Shown: positions 37,848 to 47,794 of the stretch, one piece after another
Layout of the letters: every line of letters begins with the position of its first letter
Numbering within the stretch: position 1 is the first letter of the stretch
NCBI GenBank assembly: GCA_050331815.1
Contig: JBHJGM010000009.1
Span: 11,187-75,186 of the forward strand
Length of the DNA stretch: 64,000 nt
Direction of reading: 5' to 3'
DNA from: Opitutales bacterium
GTDB lineage: Bacteria; Verrucomicrobiota; Verrucomicrobiia; Opitutales; JBHJGM01
The notes under the pieces: model-generated
What the model was told of the DNA's origin: nothing
The model's database searches: none
The model's input: only the letters and a program-made list of their open reading frames with translations
Translations under genes and position numbers: made by a program

Positions 37848-38827
37848 GCGAGGCCTCCTTTGCGGTACTTGGGACTGGCCGCGGCGCAGAGGTAAAGCAC
37901 CGCCATGCGCACGGCGATGCCGTTGGTGACCTGCTCCAAAATCACCGAGCGCGGTGAATCCGCCAATGCCGAATCAAGTTCGACACCTCGATTGATGGGC
38001 CCCGGGTGCATGATGAGGGCCTCGGGCTTGAGCCACTCCAGGCGTGCCTGATTGAGCCCGAACATGCTGGTGTACTCGCCCAGCGAGGGGAAATGTGTGG
38101 AGGTCTGGCGCTCGTGCTGTATCCGTAAAAGCATGACAGCGTCGGCGTCCTCCAGCGCGCTGCGCAAGTTATGGCAGACCCGCACGCCCAGCTGTGAAAA
38201 ATTCTCCGGCACCAGTGTTGAGGGCCCGGCTACGGTCACCTCAGCCCCCAGCTTGGTCAGGGCCCAGATGTTCGAGCGTGCTACCCGGCTGAAGAGGATG
38301 TCGCCAAGGATGGTGATCTTGCGCCCGGTCAGGTCCTCGCCAAAACGCTCGCGCAGCGTGAAGGTGTCGAGCAGGGCCTGGGTGGGATGCTCGTGCGCGC
38401 CGTCGCCGGCGTTGATGACCGGAATGTCCATCTGGCGGCTCAGGTAGAGTGCCGAACCGGCCGCGGAGTGCCGCATCACGATCATGTCGGCGTTGAGGGC
38501 CTGGAGGTTCATCGCGGTATCGCGCAGGGTCTCGCCCTTGGTCAGGCTGCTGGCATCGCCCGAGATCGTCACCACGTCGGCGCTGAGGCGGGTGGCTGCG
38601 ATGTCGAAGGCGATCCGCGTGCGCGTGCTGGCCTCCATGAATAGGTTCACGATGGTCAGCCCCCGCAGCGAGGGCAGCTTCTTTTGCGAACGATCCAGGG
38701 TCGCCTTGAAATTGCGAGCCGTCGCAAAAATGATCTCCAACTCTTCGCGGGAAAGCTCCTCGATGGACACCAGATCCTTGCGGTGCCAGACGGCGGTTTC
38801 TGGCTGAGTGGCGGCAGATGTGCTCAT
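37844..38827 (-). CDS. pyrB: Aspartate carbamoyltransferase catalytic subunit
   Basis: 327 aa with EASTRTR, HPTQALLD and HPGPINRGVE motifs. Confidence 0.93.
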   Translation of the reverse strand: MSTSAATQPETAVWHRKDLVSIEELSREELEIIFATARNFKATLDRSQKKLPSLRGLTIVNLFMEASTRTRIAFDIAATRLSADVVTISGDASSLTKGETLRDTAMNLQALNADMIVMRHSAAGSALYLSRQMDIPVINAGDGAHEHPTQALLDTFTLRERFGEDLTGRKITILGDILFSRVARSNIWALTKLGAEVTVAGPSTLVPENFSQLGVRVCHNLRSALEDADAVMLLRIQHERQTSTHFPSLGEYTSMFGLNQARLEWLKPEALIMHPGPINRGVELDSALADSPRSVILEQVTNGIAVRMAVLYLCAAASPKYRKGGLA

Positions 38828-39366
38828 GCGGGGCGGCGTTCGATGTAGGAGTCTTGCGGGCGCTCCTGGTTCAGGTGCACCTCGATGTTGTCGCTGACGG
38901 GAACATCCTGGCGCATCGCGATGAAATCCGGTTGGACCGGCAGACGCCGACCGCCACGGTCCACCAGAACCACCAGCACCAAACGTTCCGGGCGGCCCTG
39001 ATCGAAGACCTCGTTGATGCCCGCGCGCGCGGACCGCCCGCTGAAGATCACGTCGTCGGCCAGCAGAATGGTCGCCTCCTCCACATCGAAGGGCAAATCT
39101 GTCGGGTTGGTCGCGGGCGGGATGGGACGCTGGCCGATGTCGTCGCGATGAAAGGCGATGTTGACCGTGCCGTAGGGAATCTCACGGTCCAGGGCCTGGG
39201 AGAGTCCGCCGGCCAACATCTGCCCAAAGGGAATACCGCCATCGGCGATCCCGGCCACGGCGAGCAGGCGCGCCTGGCCAAAGGTTTCGGCCAGCACCCG
39301 CACCAGGCGATCGATCTCCTCCTTGATCACGGACCCATCGGTCCGCTGCACCTCATCTGTCACCAC
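38824..39366 (-). CDS. pyrR: Bifunctional pyrimidine operon regulator / uracil phosphoribosyltransferase PyrR
   Basis: 180 aa with the PRTase motif ILLADDVIFSGRSARAG and a PyrR-like N-terminus. First gene of pyrR-pyrB-pyrC. Confidence 0.9.
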   Translation of the reverse strand: MVTDEVQRTDGSVIKEEIDRLVRVLAETFGQARLLAVAGIADGGIPFGQMLAGGLSQALDREIPYGTVNIAFHRDDIGQRPIPPATNPTDLPFDVEEATILLADDVIFSGRSARAGINEVFDQGRPERLVLVVLVDRGGRRLPVQPDFIAMRQDVPVSDNIEVHLNQERPQDSYIERRPA

Positions 39367-39457
39367 AGCGCAGGAGCCTGCGAAAGCTGACGCCCCAAAT
39401 CAACCGCAATTCGAGTTTGAGGGCGCAGATCCGCCCAGAGGTGATAGTTTAAGGTAT

Positions 39458-39919
39458 ATGCAAGCAATTATAGCCTCATCCAAATATTGGCTGGTCGGAG
39501 GACTGTTTGTCCTCCTCATGGCTGGCTGCAAAACCGTCGATAACCGCATCGAGAAAAACCAGGCGTACTTCGACAATCTGCCTGTGGAAACCCGGCAGCT
39601 GATCCGCAACGAGCAGGTGGACCTCGGCTTTACCATGCGCGATGTGCGTATCGCCCTGGGCAATCCCGACCAGGCCTTCACCGAACAGGGCGAAGACGGC
39701 GACCAGGTCCTTTGGGTGTACACCCGCAGCATCCCGGTCACGGTGGTGGACCCCTTCTTTACGCGTTCGCGGGTAAAGTTTAGCCGCTTTGGCTCTTTCC
39801 GCTACGTAGGCCGACCGATTCGCACCATCCCGACGACCGTTGAGGAATTCCAGTTGGCGGTTTCCTTCCGGGACGGCCAGGCACGCTCAATCCTGCGTCC
39901 GGACTCCAAAAAAGGCTGA
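39458..39919 (+). CDS. Hypothetical lipoprotein
   Basis: From the Met at 39458: MQAIIASSKYWLVGGLFVLLMAGCKT, a signal peptide with lipobox LMAGC. Confidence 0.65.
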   Translation: MQAIIASSKYWLVGGLFVLLMAGCKTVDNRIEKNQAYFDNLPVETRQLIRNEQVDLGFTMRDVRIALGNPDQAFTEQGEDGDQVLWVYTRSIPVTVVDPFFTRSRVKFSRFGSFRYVGRPIRTIPTTVEEFQLAVSFRDGQARSILRPDSKKG

Positions 39920-40049
39920 CTCGATCAGCCGGCCTGGTCCAGTCGCTGGATTCGTATCCGCAGGCAACCAAGTATCTGTTTGCAGGTGACCCTGCAGGCG
40001 GAATTTGTTGTGGCGCTAGCCGGTTAGGCCTGTCCAAACGCGGCTAGGA

Positions 40050-40925
40050 TTGACCCCTGCCCGCGACATCGGCAAAACCCACAAGCGGATGATGCCGGCT
40101 CTTGAAGATCAATACGAGGACGTCCTGAGCAAGGCTTGCTCCGGAAAAGGGATTGGAAAACGCGAACTCACCGCGCAGGCGGGGCTCAGCGACGAGGCAG
40201 TCCACCGGGCCTTTCGCGGGGAATGCGAGCCGGAGACGGCCCATGCCGTTGCCAAGGTCCTGAAGCTGCATGCCCCGAGCCTGGTGCGCCTGGGTGAAAA
40301 GACACCGCATCCGCAAGTCATGCCCCCGGCAGGTGTGGGCGCCTTTACTACGCCCCATCCGGTGCCCGGCTACGAGGAAATGACCGTCAACGCCTACCTC
40401 GTTTGGGACACCTCGACCCGGGAAGCGGTCGTCTTCGATTCGGGTGCCGACGCCGATCCGATCCTCGAAGTCATCCGCAGCGAGAATCTGAGCCTGAAAT
40501 ACATTTTGTTAACGCACGCGCACGGTGATCACATTGCCGATCTCGAAAAACTGGCCAGTGCGACCGGCACGCCGCCCATCTTTATCAACGCCCGGGAAAG
40601 CGCGCCCAAAGCGCAAGGCATGCAAGGTGGCGAACGTTTTGAGGTCGGCAACCTGAAGATCACGACGCGTGAAATCAGTGGGCATTCGCCGGGCGGGACG
40701 ACCTTTGTGATTGAGGGGCTCGAACAGCCGGTGGCAATCGTCGGCGACGCCATTTTTGCCTGCTCGGTGGGCGGTGCCGGCAACGCCTGGGAAGCGGCCC
40801 TCGAGGCCATCCGCACGCAAATCCTTTCCCTGCCGGACGACACGATTCTGTGTCCGGGCCATGGACCTTTGACCACCGTCGCCCTCGAAAAAGCCCACAA
40901 CGCTTTCTTCCCCGAGTTCAAGTAA
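40050..40925 (+). CDS. MBL-fold metallo-hydrolase (glyoxalase II-like) with an N-terminal HTH-like extension
   Basis: LLTHAHGDHIADL zinc motif and GHSPGG..CPGHGP. The N-terminal 80 aa (GIGKRELTAQAGLSDEAVHRAFRGE) look XRE-HTH-like. TTG start uncertain. Confidence 0.8.
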   Translation: MTPARDIGKTHKRMMPALEDQYEDVLSKACSGKGIGKRELTAQAGLSDEAVHRAFRGECEPETAHAVAKVLKLHAPSLVRLGEKTPHPQVMPPAGVGAFTTPHPVPGYEEMTVNAYLVWDTSTREAVVFDSGADADPILEVIRSENLSLKYILLTHAHGDHIADLEKLASATGTPPIFINARESAPKAQGMQGGERFEVGNLKITTREISGHSPGGTTFVIEGLEQPVAIVGDAIFACSVGGAGNAWEAALEAIRTQILSLPDDTILCPGHGPLTTVALEKAHNAFFPEFK

Positions 40926-40956
40926 GCCTTCGCGTTCACCTCAACCTCTCCGAAGC

Positions 40957-41844
40957 ATGCCCTCGAAGCGAATTGGATTTGTCGGCGTTGGCCGCATGGG
41001 TGCCAACATGGCGCGCCGCCTCCATGAAACCGGCCACCGCGTGAGCGTCCTTTACGACCGCCACGGCTCGAATGCGGAATCCCTGGCGCACGAAATCGAC
41101 GCGCAACCCGTGAAAACCCTCGCCGAGGTGACCGCTGGCGCGGACGTCATCTTCACTGTCGTCACCGACGACGCTGCGATGCGCAAAATCTTTACCGCCA
41201 AAAAGGACAACCTGCTGAGCCACTCGAAGGGCCGCATCTTCATCAACTGCGCCACCGTCAGCCCGGACATCCACCGCAAGATCGAGATCCTGGCCCAGTC
41301 GGCCGGGGCCGCCTCGCTGGAAGCCTGCATGGCCTCGTCGATCCCACAGGCACGCTCCGGCACCCTCTACCTCATGATCGGCGGCGAAAAGCGCGTATTC
41401 AAACGTGTGGAAAACGTCCTGAAGGACCTGAGCGAGGCCCCCAGGTACATCGGCGAAGCCGGACGCGCCGCCGAGGTCAAAGCCCTGGTCAACATGGTTA
41501 TGAATATCAACACCGCGGCGCTGGCGGAAGGGCTCGGGCTGGGCGAGGCCCTGGGGTTGGAACTGACGCTGCTGCGCGAGGTTTTCGGGCAGACCGGCGC
41601 GGCCTCACGCGTGCTGGTGACCGATGGCGAGGACATGCAGCAGCGTGACCACGAGTGCTACTTTTCCGCCGCCCACGCCGCCAAAGACTCCGGCATCGCG
41701 CTGTCGCTCGGCAAAAAACACCGCCTCAAGCTGCCGCTGGCGGAAGCCACCCTCGGACAGTACGAAACCATGGTTGAAAAGGGTCTGGGCGAACTCGACA
41801 AGTCCGGCGTTGCGGAATTGACCTTCAAGGGACGGGGCAAGTAG
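40957..41844 (+). CDS. NAD(P)-dependent oxidoreductase, 3-hydroxyisobutyrate / 6-phosphogluconate dehydrogenase-like family
   Basis: 295 aa with IGFVGVGRMGANMARRL Rossmann motif and a family-typical KALVNMVMNINTAALAEGL helix. Confidence 0.85.
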   Translation: MPSKRIGFVGVGRMGANMARRLHETGHRVSVLYDRHGSNAESLAHEIDAQPVKTLAEVTAGADVIFTVVTDDAAMRKIFTAKKDNLLSHSKGRIFINCATVSPDIHRKIEILAQSAGAASLEACMASSIPQARSGTLYLMIGGEKRVFKRVENVLKDLSEAPRYIGEAGRAAEVKALVNMVMNINTAALAEGLGLGEALGLELTLLREVFGQTGAASRVLVTDGEDMQQRDHECYFSAAHAAKDSGIALSLGKKHRLKLPLAEATLGQYETMVEKGLGELDKSGVAELTFKGRGK

Positions 41845-41884
41845 GGGTTACCTTTTCACCCCTTGCGAACCTGTCCTTGCTTAC

Positions 41885-42748
41885 ATGTCCGACCAGCCGC
41901 CCGCCAAGCCGCGCCTGAGCCAATTCGCCGCGCTGTGGAGCCTTCAGGAATACCCCTCCAAACGTGCTGAGTGGAGTCTGGAGCGCAAGTTTGCCGAGGT
42001 CGCGAAAGCCGGCTACGTTGGCATCTTCACCATGGCTGAGCCCGAGGTGCATGGCCCACTGTTGGAAAAGCATGGCATGCGTCTTCTGAGCTTGTTCAAC
42101 ATCCAGACCAAGACGCAGATCCGCCCACAGGTGCGTAAGCAAGCCGAAGCGGGGGCGGAAAAAATCGTGGTCCACCTGGCCAAGCCCAAAACGCCCGTTG
42201 AGAAAGCCGCGGCGCTGATGGCTCGTATCGTCGACGAGGGCGCCAAGTTCGACATCCCGGTTTTTCTGGAAACACACCGCGCCACCTGCACCGAAAATCC
42301 CGCGCACTTTCTGGCCCTGGCCGACGCCTTTCGAAAGCTCACCGGGGTCGACCTGCCGGTTAACTGGGACCACTCCCACCTGGCCGTGGTGCAACACCTC
42401 AACGCGGACGCCTGGGATAGCGTTCTGCTCATGCCGCGCACGTTGCACCAGGTCAGTCCCATGGCGCACCTGCGGCCGTTTACCGCGCATCACGCCCAGA
42501 TTCCGACGACCGACGGCAACGGCAAGAACTCACCCGAATTTTCCGAGTGGCTGGACTTTTGCGAACGCTACTTCCGCATCTGGCTGGAGGGCCCGCGCCC
42601 GGGCAATGAGCTGTGCGTGGTGCCCGAACTCGGCCCCAAATGTTCCGGCTACCCGATGCAGCACTTTCCGGATCTCTGGCAGGATGTCCTGGCCTGCCAA
42701 AAAGGCATCGAAAAGTGCTGGAAGCGCGTGCTGCGCACTACGATCTAG
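41885..42748 (+). CDS. Putative sugar phosphate isomerase/epimerase (xylose-isomerase-like TIM barrel), tentative
   Basis: 287 aa. Pattern of alternating hydrophobic strands and conserved H/E/D (VFLETHR, NWDHSH). Assignment by general resemblance only. Confidence 0.45.
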   Translation: MSDQPPAKPRLSQFAALWSLQEYPSKRAEWSLERKFAEVAKAGYVGIFTMAEPEVHGPLLEKHGMRLLSLFNIQTKTQIRPQVRKQAEAGAEKIVVHLAKPKTPVEKAAALMARIVDEGAKFDIPVFLETHRATCTENPAHFLALADAFRKLTGVDLPVNWDHSHLAVVQHLNADAWDSVLLMPRTLHQVSPMAHLRPFTAHHAQIPTTDGNGKNSPEFSEWLDFCERYFRIWLEGPRPGNELCVVPELGPKCSGYPMQHFPDLWQDVLACQKGIEKCWKRVLRTTI

Positions 42749-44412
42749 GGCAGCAGCATGAAGCACAGCCCCATGATCACCGTGGGGATTGCCGCGCCAA
42801 AGAGCAGGCCCATCGGGTTGATACCGCCGTCAAAGTATTTCGCCAGCAGCGATTGACCTGCCGGGTTGGGCGCATTGGCGATGACCGTCAGACCTCCGCC
42901 CGTAACTGCCCCGGCCACCACCGCAAAGGAGGCGATCTCCGCAAACTCGCCTCCGGTGACCGGGTTGAACTCCGGCACCAGCGAAGCCAGAAAGGTGATC
43001 GCTGCGTTGTCGTTGAAGGCGGTCAAAATCGTTGAGCCCACGAAGAGCGGGACCTCGCTCAGGCTACTGAGCACAGGCGCAATCCACCAGCTTTGAAAGC
43101 CGCCATGGGTGACCAGCGCGCCCAGAAAGAATCCGACCAGGATCGGCCCGCGCAGGCTGATCGGCTCGTGGTGATGGTCGGTCGCCTTGGTGAAGGCCAG
43201 GAAAAAGAGAAAGCCGACGATGACCAGCGAGTAGTGGTGCAACACCAGCACCGTCCAGCCGATGAACAGCAGGTTGACCGCGACAACCCACCCCGGAATC
43301 CGGTAGCTGCGCTCGCGTTTCATACCGGCTTCGCGCAGCGCGCGGGCCTTCAGCTCCTTGAATTCACCCCGGAAGTAAGCCAGGTAAATCAGGTTGGAAA
43401 TCACGATACCGGTGGCGGCCTTCCAACCAAAGTTCGTCATCATGTAGGCGATATCGAAGCCCCAGACCCCTTGCACCATCAGCACCGGCGGTGCGGCGAA
43501 GTTCGTCAAGGTGCCGCCGACCGAGACGTTGACGAAGAGCAGACCCAGGGTCGCGAACTTCAATTTGCCAGATGGCCCCAGCGCATAAAATTGCCGGCCC
43601 AACAACAGTGCGGCCACCGTCATGGCGGCGGGTTCGGTGATGAAGGAGCCCAGCAGCGGGGCGATCGTCAGAATCGATAGCCACCAGGCCAGCGGTGTCT
43701 GCTTGCCGAGTTTGGCCACGTAGCCGAGCATGCTCTCGGAAAAGCGGATGACCGGCTGGGTGGAGGCCATCGCCATGATCACCACGACGAAGATGGGCTC
43801 CGAGTAGCGACTGGTGTACTCGCCTTGCAGGTAGTAGTGCTCCATCGTGTGGAAGTAGTGCACCACGTAATCCCAGCCATGCAGCATCGAGGTCAGCAAC
43901 CCGTGCCCGGAGATGAGGTGCTCGTAGCCGTAGTAGCCGATGGTGAAGAGGATCAGCGGTACCAGCCAGATACCAAAGACCGCCTCGATCTCTCCAAGAA
44001 AGTGAAAGATCACCGCCTTGATGCTGACCGGCACCTGCACGTCGGGATCGTTCTTCTTGATCTCCCGCCACTTCTCTTCGTGCGCGTGCTCGATCTTGTG
44101 CGACAGCTTCATAAAAAAGCTGGCCAGAAACGTGTGCACAATCGCCAGAAAGAATAACAGCGAGGCGATCAGGTTGAAAGGTTCCTGCTGGATACGATAC
44201 TTCAACTTGCCAAAGAGAGACTCGATGTGGGCATCGTCGTAGGCATCCAGTCCCAGCGGAAATTCCAGATGCGCGCCGTGGCCGGAGTCCTCGCCATGGC
44301 CGTGCGCCGCGGCCTCGGCCTCGCCTCCGCCCGCACCGAAAACGACCGCACAAGCGGCCAGCAACACAGCAAAAACAAGCGAAAACCGAAGGATGCGGGG
44401 GGTCATGGACAT
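42745..44412 (-). CDS. Multi-pass membrane transporter, putative Na+/H+ antiporter-like family; His-rich periplasmic N-terminus
   Basis: 555 aa with a signal/TM start, AAAHGHGEDSGHGAHLEF, then more than 10 hydrophobic segments. Family call from recollection of putative-antiporter family architecture. The 673 aa ORF 43364..45385 on the same strand is a shadow. Confidence 0.55.
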   Translation of the reverse strand: MSMTPRILRFSLVFAVLLAACAVVFGAGGGEAEAAAHGHGEDSGHGAHLEFPLGLDAYDDAHIESLFGKLKYRIQQEPFNLIASLLFFLAIVHTFLASFFMKLSHKIEHAHEEKWREIKKNDPDVQVPVSIKAVIFHFLGEIEAVFGIWLVPLILFTIGYYGYEHLISGHGLLTSMLHGWDYVVHYFHTMEHYYLQGEYTSRYSEPIFVVVIMAMASTQPVIRFSESMLGYVAKLGKQTPLAWWLSILTIAPLLGSFITEPAAMTVAALLLGRQFYALGPSGKLKFATLGLLFVNVSVGGTLTNFAAPPVLMVQGVWGFDIAYMMTNFGWKAATGIVISNLIYLAYFRGEFKELKARALREAGMKRERSYRIPGWVVAVNLLFIGWTVLVLHHYSLVIVGFLFFLAFTKATDHHHEPISLRGPILVGFFLGALVTHGGFQSWWIAPVLSSLSEVPLFVGSTILTAFNDNAAITFLASLVPEFNPVTGGEFAEIASFAVVAGAVTGGGLTVIANAPNPAGQSLLAKYFDGGINPMGLLFGAAIPTVIMGLCFMLLP

Positions 44413-44560
44413 ATCTGGGATACGCGCGTCGAAACGCCGAACAAACGCATCCGGGGCGACGATGGAAAGGTTTTTCTCGGATCGTCGACACCGGAGCGGT
44501 TTTCATGCCACGGGTCCAAGGCTTGCCATCGCCTGGGTGATCTGCTGGCTTGCCGGGCCT

Positions 44561-45787
44561 ATGCGCATCCAAGCCTTTCAGGGCCTCCGGCCCGATCCCG
44601 AACGTGCCCCCGAAGTGGCCTCGCTGCCCTACGACGTGGTTTCCACCGAGGAAGCCCGCGAACTGGCTGCCGGCAATCCGCTGAGCTTTCTGCACGTTGT
44701 GCGGGCCGAGATCGATCGGCCGCCCGACAGCGATCCCTACGCCGACGCCGTTTACGCCAAGGCCCGCGAAAATCTCGAGCGCCTGCAAGAGTTGCAAGTC
44801 CTCGTCCGCGAGCCTGAGCCCTGTTTGTATATCTACGAGTTGGAGATGCTTGGGCGCACCCAGCGCGGACTCGTCACGGTCTGCCACATCGGCGATTACG
44901 AAAACGACGTCATCAAAAAGCACGAAAAGACCCGCAAAGCCAAAGAGGACGACCGCACCAAACTCAACGCCACGCTCTCGGCCCATCCGGGTCCGGTCTT
45001 TCTGACCTACCGTGACCAGCCGGAAATCAACGCCCTGGTCAACCGGGTCTGCGAGGAAGCGCCGTTCATCAACTTCACGGCTGAGGACAGCGTGCGCCAC
45101 ACGATCTGGCGGGTGCCCGGCGGGGGCGACTTCCCGCACAGCTTTAGCAGCGTGCCGGTGGCCTACGTGGCCGACGGGCACCACCGCAGTGCCAGCGCCG
45201 CCCGCGTCGGCGGCGAACGCAGGGCCAACAACCCCAGCCACACCGGCGAAGAGCCCTACAACTGGTTTCTGGCCGTGGCCTTTCCCGCCTCCGAGTTGAA
45301 CATCCTCGCTTACAATCGCGTGGTTTTCGATTTGAATGGGCTTAGCGCCGACGACTTTCTCAAGCAGCTGGAAGCCAGTGAACACCTAGCCGAAGTCTCC
45401 GAGGAAGCCGCCGCCGTGCCGGCTCAGACCGGCGAGGTCTGTTTTTACCTCGACGGCAAATGGCGCTCGCTACGTTTCGAGGCCATCCACACCGACGACC
45501 CCGCCGCGCGCCTGGATGTCGCCCGGCTGCAGGACAATGTGCTGGCGCCCATCCTTGGCATCGGCGACCCGCGCACGGATGCACGAATTGATTTTGTCGG
45601 CGGCATCCGCGGCACCGAATTTCTGGAGAAGCAGGTCGACTCCGGGAAGGCAGCCATCGCCTTCTCGATGCATCCGGTCACGGTTGACGAGCTTATGGCG
45701 ATAGCGGACGCCGGAAAAATCATGCCGCCGAAGAGCACCTGGTTTGAGCCCAAGCTGCGCTCCGGTCTCTTCGTCCACACCTTCTGA
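44561..45787 (+). CDS. DUF1015-family protein
   Basis: From the Met at 44561: MRIQAFQGLRPDPERAPEVASLPYDVVSTEEARELAAGNPLSFLHVVR and later ADGHHRSASA, typical of DUF1015. Confidence 0.8.
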   Translation: MRIQAFQGLRPDPERAPEVASLPYDVVSTEEARELAAGNPLSFLHVVRAEIDRPPDSDPYADAVYAKARENLERLQELQVLVREPEPCLYIYELEMLGRTQRGLVTVCHIGDYENDVIKKHEKTRKAKEDDRTKLNATLSAHPGPVFLTYRDQPEINALVNRVCEEAPFINFTAEDSVRHTIWRVPGGGDFPHSFSSVPVAYVADGHHRSASAARVGGERRANNPSHTGEEPYNWFLAVAFPASELNILAYNRVVFDLNGLSADDFLKQLEASEHLAEVSEEAAAVPAQTGEVCFYLDGKWRSLRFEAIHTDDPAARLDVARLQDNVLAPILGIGDPRTDARIDFVGGIRGTEFLEKQVDSGKAAIAFSMHPVTVDELMAIADAGKIMPPKSTWFEPKLRSGLFVHTF

Positions 45788-46014
45788 GCCACGCACCTCG
45801 GCATCCAGCCCCACACCCGTAAATAAGATCAGAGTCCCCGATCACCACAACCCAGGCAGCTTTCCCAACGATGAACGAGGTCCGTGTAACCAAGCACAGC
45901 TCCCCGACCACACGACATCAGGACCTCCTGACAACTCGACCTTCTGACCAAGCACCAAGTACGAGGTACTAAGCACTAGGAACCAAGTACTATCACTCCG
46001 AGCTCCGTGCTTCC
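45788..46014. repeat. C/A-rich, G-poor intergenic repeat region (copy A)
   Basis: Shares ctgacca (45944-45950) and the exact 13-mer ggtactaagcact (45965-45977) with 49434-49453. Contains iterated YYAAGYAC units and a gacatcaggac motif. Confidence 0.45.
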
Positions 46015-46923
46015 CTACTCTTTAACACGGGCCTCGATGGTCCAGTTGCCCTTTTCGACTTTCGGGGGACCCTCGCCGGTGCTGCGGATGAGCGGAGTGG
46101 GCGCATTGGCAGTGTCGCTGGGTCTGGAGAGCGGTGCGCGATCCACGTTGCCGCTAGAGCGCAGCTTCGACTGCGAATAAATCGGGTCGGGGTCGAAAAT
46201 CGGACTGGGCGGCGGGAGGCCGCGCTGGGCGGGCGCGTTGACGCTTTGCACGGGAATCGGTCCGTCGGGACGATTCGAGCTGAACTGGTAGCGGTTGAGG
46301 TCGCGCAACGAAAGTTTGTCGACGTCCTGAGTGAGGGCCTCGCGGTCGACATCGCCAAAGCGCCCGACCTCAGCCTCCGAATACTTGCGCACCAACACGG
46401 TCTCCTTCATCTGATCCCAGTTGGAGAAGTACGCGCGCTCATCCTGCAGCACCTCGTTGCGCTCAAAGCCCCAGCGGCGACCGGCCCCGCCAAACATTTT
46501 GCGCTCCAGCACATCTTTTCGCTGGTTATCCTCCAGGTCGATGGGTGCGCGCCGGTCATTCAAAAAGGACATCTCCTCGCCGCCCCACTGACGCACCATG
46601 AAGCGCTTGTCGCCGAGTACCGCGTTCAACTCGGGCGACTGCTGGCGAAAACGGCTGTTGATCTGATTCTGCGTGGGGGCGAACCGCAGCGAGTTCGCCG
46701 AGCTGGTGCCCGTCGTGGGATTGGCAATGACGTTGGAGCCGTTCCCGCCACCTGCCGATGACATCCAGCCCTGGGCGATCGTGGACCCGCTGCTTTGCGC
46801 ACCGCCGCCGCTGAAGGTGCTGGCGTTGGTCAGCCCGCGCGTACGCGTGGCACCGAGCAGGGTGTCGGCTGCCAGGAGGGCGATGAAGGTCAAATAGAGG
46901 GTTGGGGCAAGCACCCGTAACAT
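46015..46923 (-). CDS. Hypothetical secreted protein
   Basis: 302 aa. Signal-like MLRVLAPTLYLTFIALLAADTLLGA, then a Gly/Ser/Asn-rich segment and a charged middle. No motif recognised. Confidence 0.6.
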   Translation of the reverse strand: MLRVLAPTLYLTFIALLAADTLLGATRTRGLTNASTFSGGGAQSSGSTIAQGWMSSAGGGNGSNVIANPTTGTSSANSLRFAPTQNQINSRFRQQSPELNAVLGDKRFMVRQWGGEEMSFLNDRRAPIDLEDNQRKDVLERKMFGGAGRRWGFERNEVLQDERAYFSNWDQMKETVLVRKYSEAEVGRFGDVDREALTQDVDKLSLRDLNRYQFSSNRPDGPIPVQSVNAPAQRGLPPPSPIFDPDPIYSQSKLRSSGNVDRAPLSRPSDTANAPTPLIRSTGEGPPKVEKGNWTIEARVKE

Positions 46924-46987
46924 GGTTGTAAACTAGGGATTTCCGAGCGTACTTGCAAGGCTCCAGCCAGCGCCCCATTGTTCAGGC

Positions 46988-47788
46988 ATGGAGGCTTATC
47001 TGCAGCTTTTGAGGCACGTGCGCGACCGGGGAGAACCGCGCCAGGATCGCACCGGCGTTGGCACGCGCAGCGTTTTTGGGGCACAGGTGCGCTTCGACCT
47101 GCGCAAGGGCTTCCCGCTGCTGACCACCAAAAAAGTTCACTTCAAATCTGTCGCCATTGAGCTGCTCTGGTTCCTGCGTGGGGACACCCATCTCGATTTC
47201 CTGCACGCGCACAAGGTCTCCATCTGGGACGAGTGGGCCGACGCCAACGGCGACCTCGGGCGGGTCTACGGCGCGCAGTGGCGCTCCTGGCAAAAACCGG
47301 CCAGTGCGGAAACCATCGACCAGATCGGCAACGTCGTCGCCTCCCTGAAAACCGATCCGCACAGCCGGCGGCATCTGGTTTGCGCCTGGAATCCCGGCGA
47401 ACTCGACCAGATGGCGCTGCCTCCCTGCCACGCGCTCTTTCAGTTTTACGCGCACGAGGACGGCGGGCTCAGCTGCCAGTTGTACCAGCGCAGTGCGGAC
47501 CTGTTTTTGGGAGTGCCTTTCAACATCGCCAGCTACGCCCTGCTGACCCACATGGTCGCCCAGGTGACAGGCCGCACGCCGCGCGAATTTATCCACCCCT
47601 TCGGCGACCTGCACCTTTACAACAATCACCTCGAGCAGGTGGAGCAACAACTGGCCCGCACGCCCCGCCCCCTGCCCCGCCTGCAACTGGACCCTACCGT
47701 CGAGCGCCTGGAAGATTTCGAGTACGGCCACCTGCAGGTTCTCGACTACGACCCGCATCCGGTCATCAAGGCACCCATCGCGGTCTGA
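46988..47788 (+). CDS. thyA: Thymidylate synthase
   Basis: 266 aa with [23 protein letters not shown] and the [10 protein letters not shown] catalytic Cys motif. Confidence 0.95.
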   Translation: MEAYLQLLRHVRDRGEPRQDRTGVGTRSVFGAQVRFDLRKGFPLLTTKKVHFKSVAIELLWFLRGDTHLDFLHAHKVSIWDEWADANGDLGRVYGAQWRSWQKPASAETIDQIGNVVASLKTDPHSRRHLVCAWNPGELDQMALPPCHALFQFYAHEDGGLSCQLYQRSADLFLGVPFNIASYALLTHMVAQVTGRTPREFIHPFGDLHLYNNHLEQVEQQLARTPRPLPRLQLDPTVERLEDFEYGHLQVLDYDPHPVIKAPIAV

Positions 47789-47794
47789 TCCAAG

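Noticed and set aside
39425-39450. PyrR-binding-loop-like sequence (CCCAGAGG) upstream of pyrR
   Set aside because: The resemblance is on the plus strand, but pyrR is transcribed on the minus strand. The match to the UCCAGAGAGGCU consensus is partial, and no antiterminator/terminator pair is evident.
43364-45385. 673 aa minus-strand ORF spanning two genes
   Set aside because: It overlaps, out of frame, both the membrane transporter (42745..44412) and the antisense of the DUF1015 gene. It has Arg/Gly/Pro-rich shadow composition. The alternative frames give recognisable proteins.
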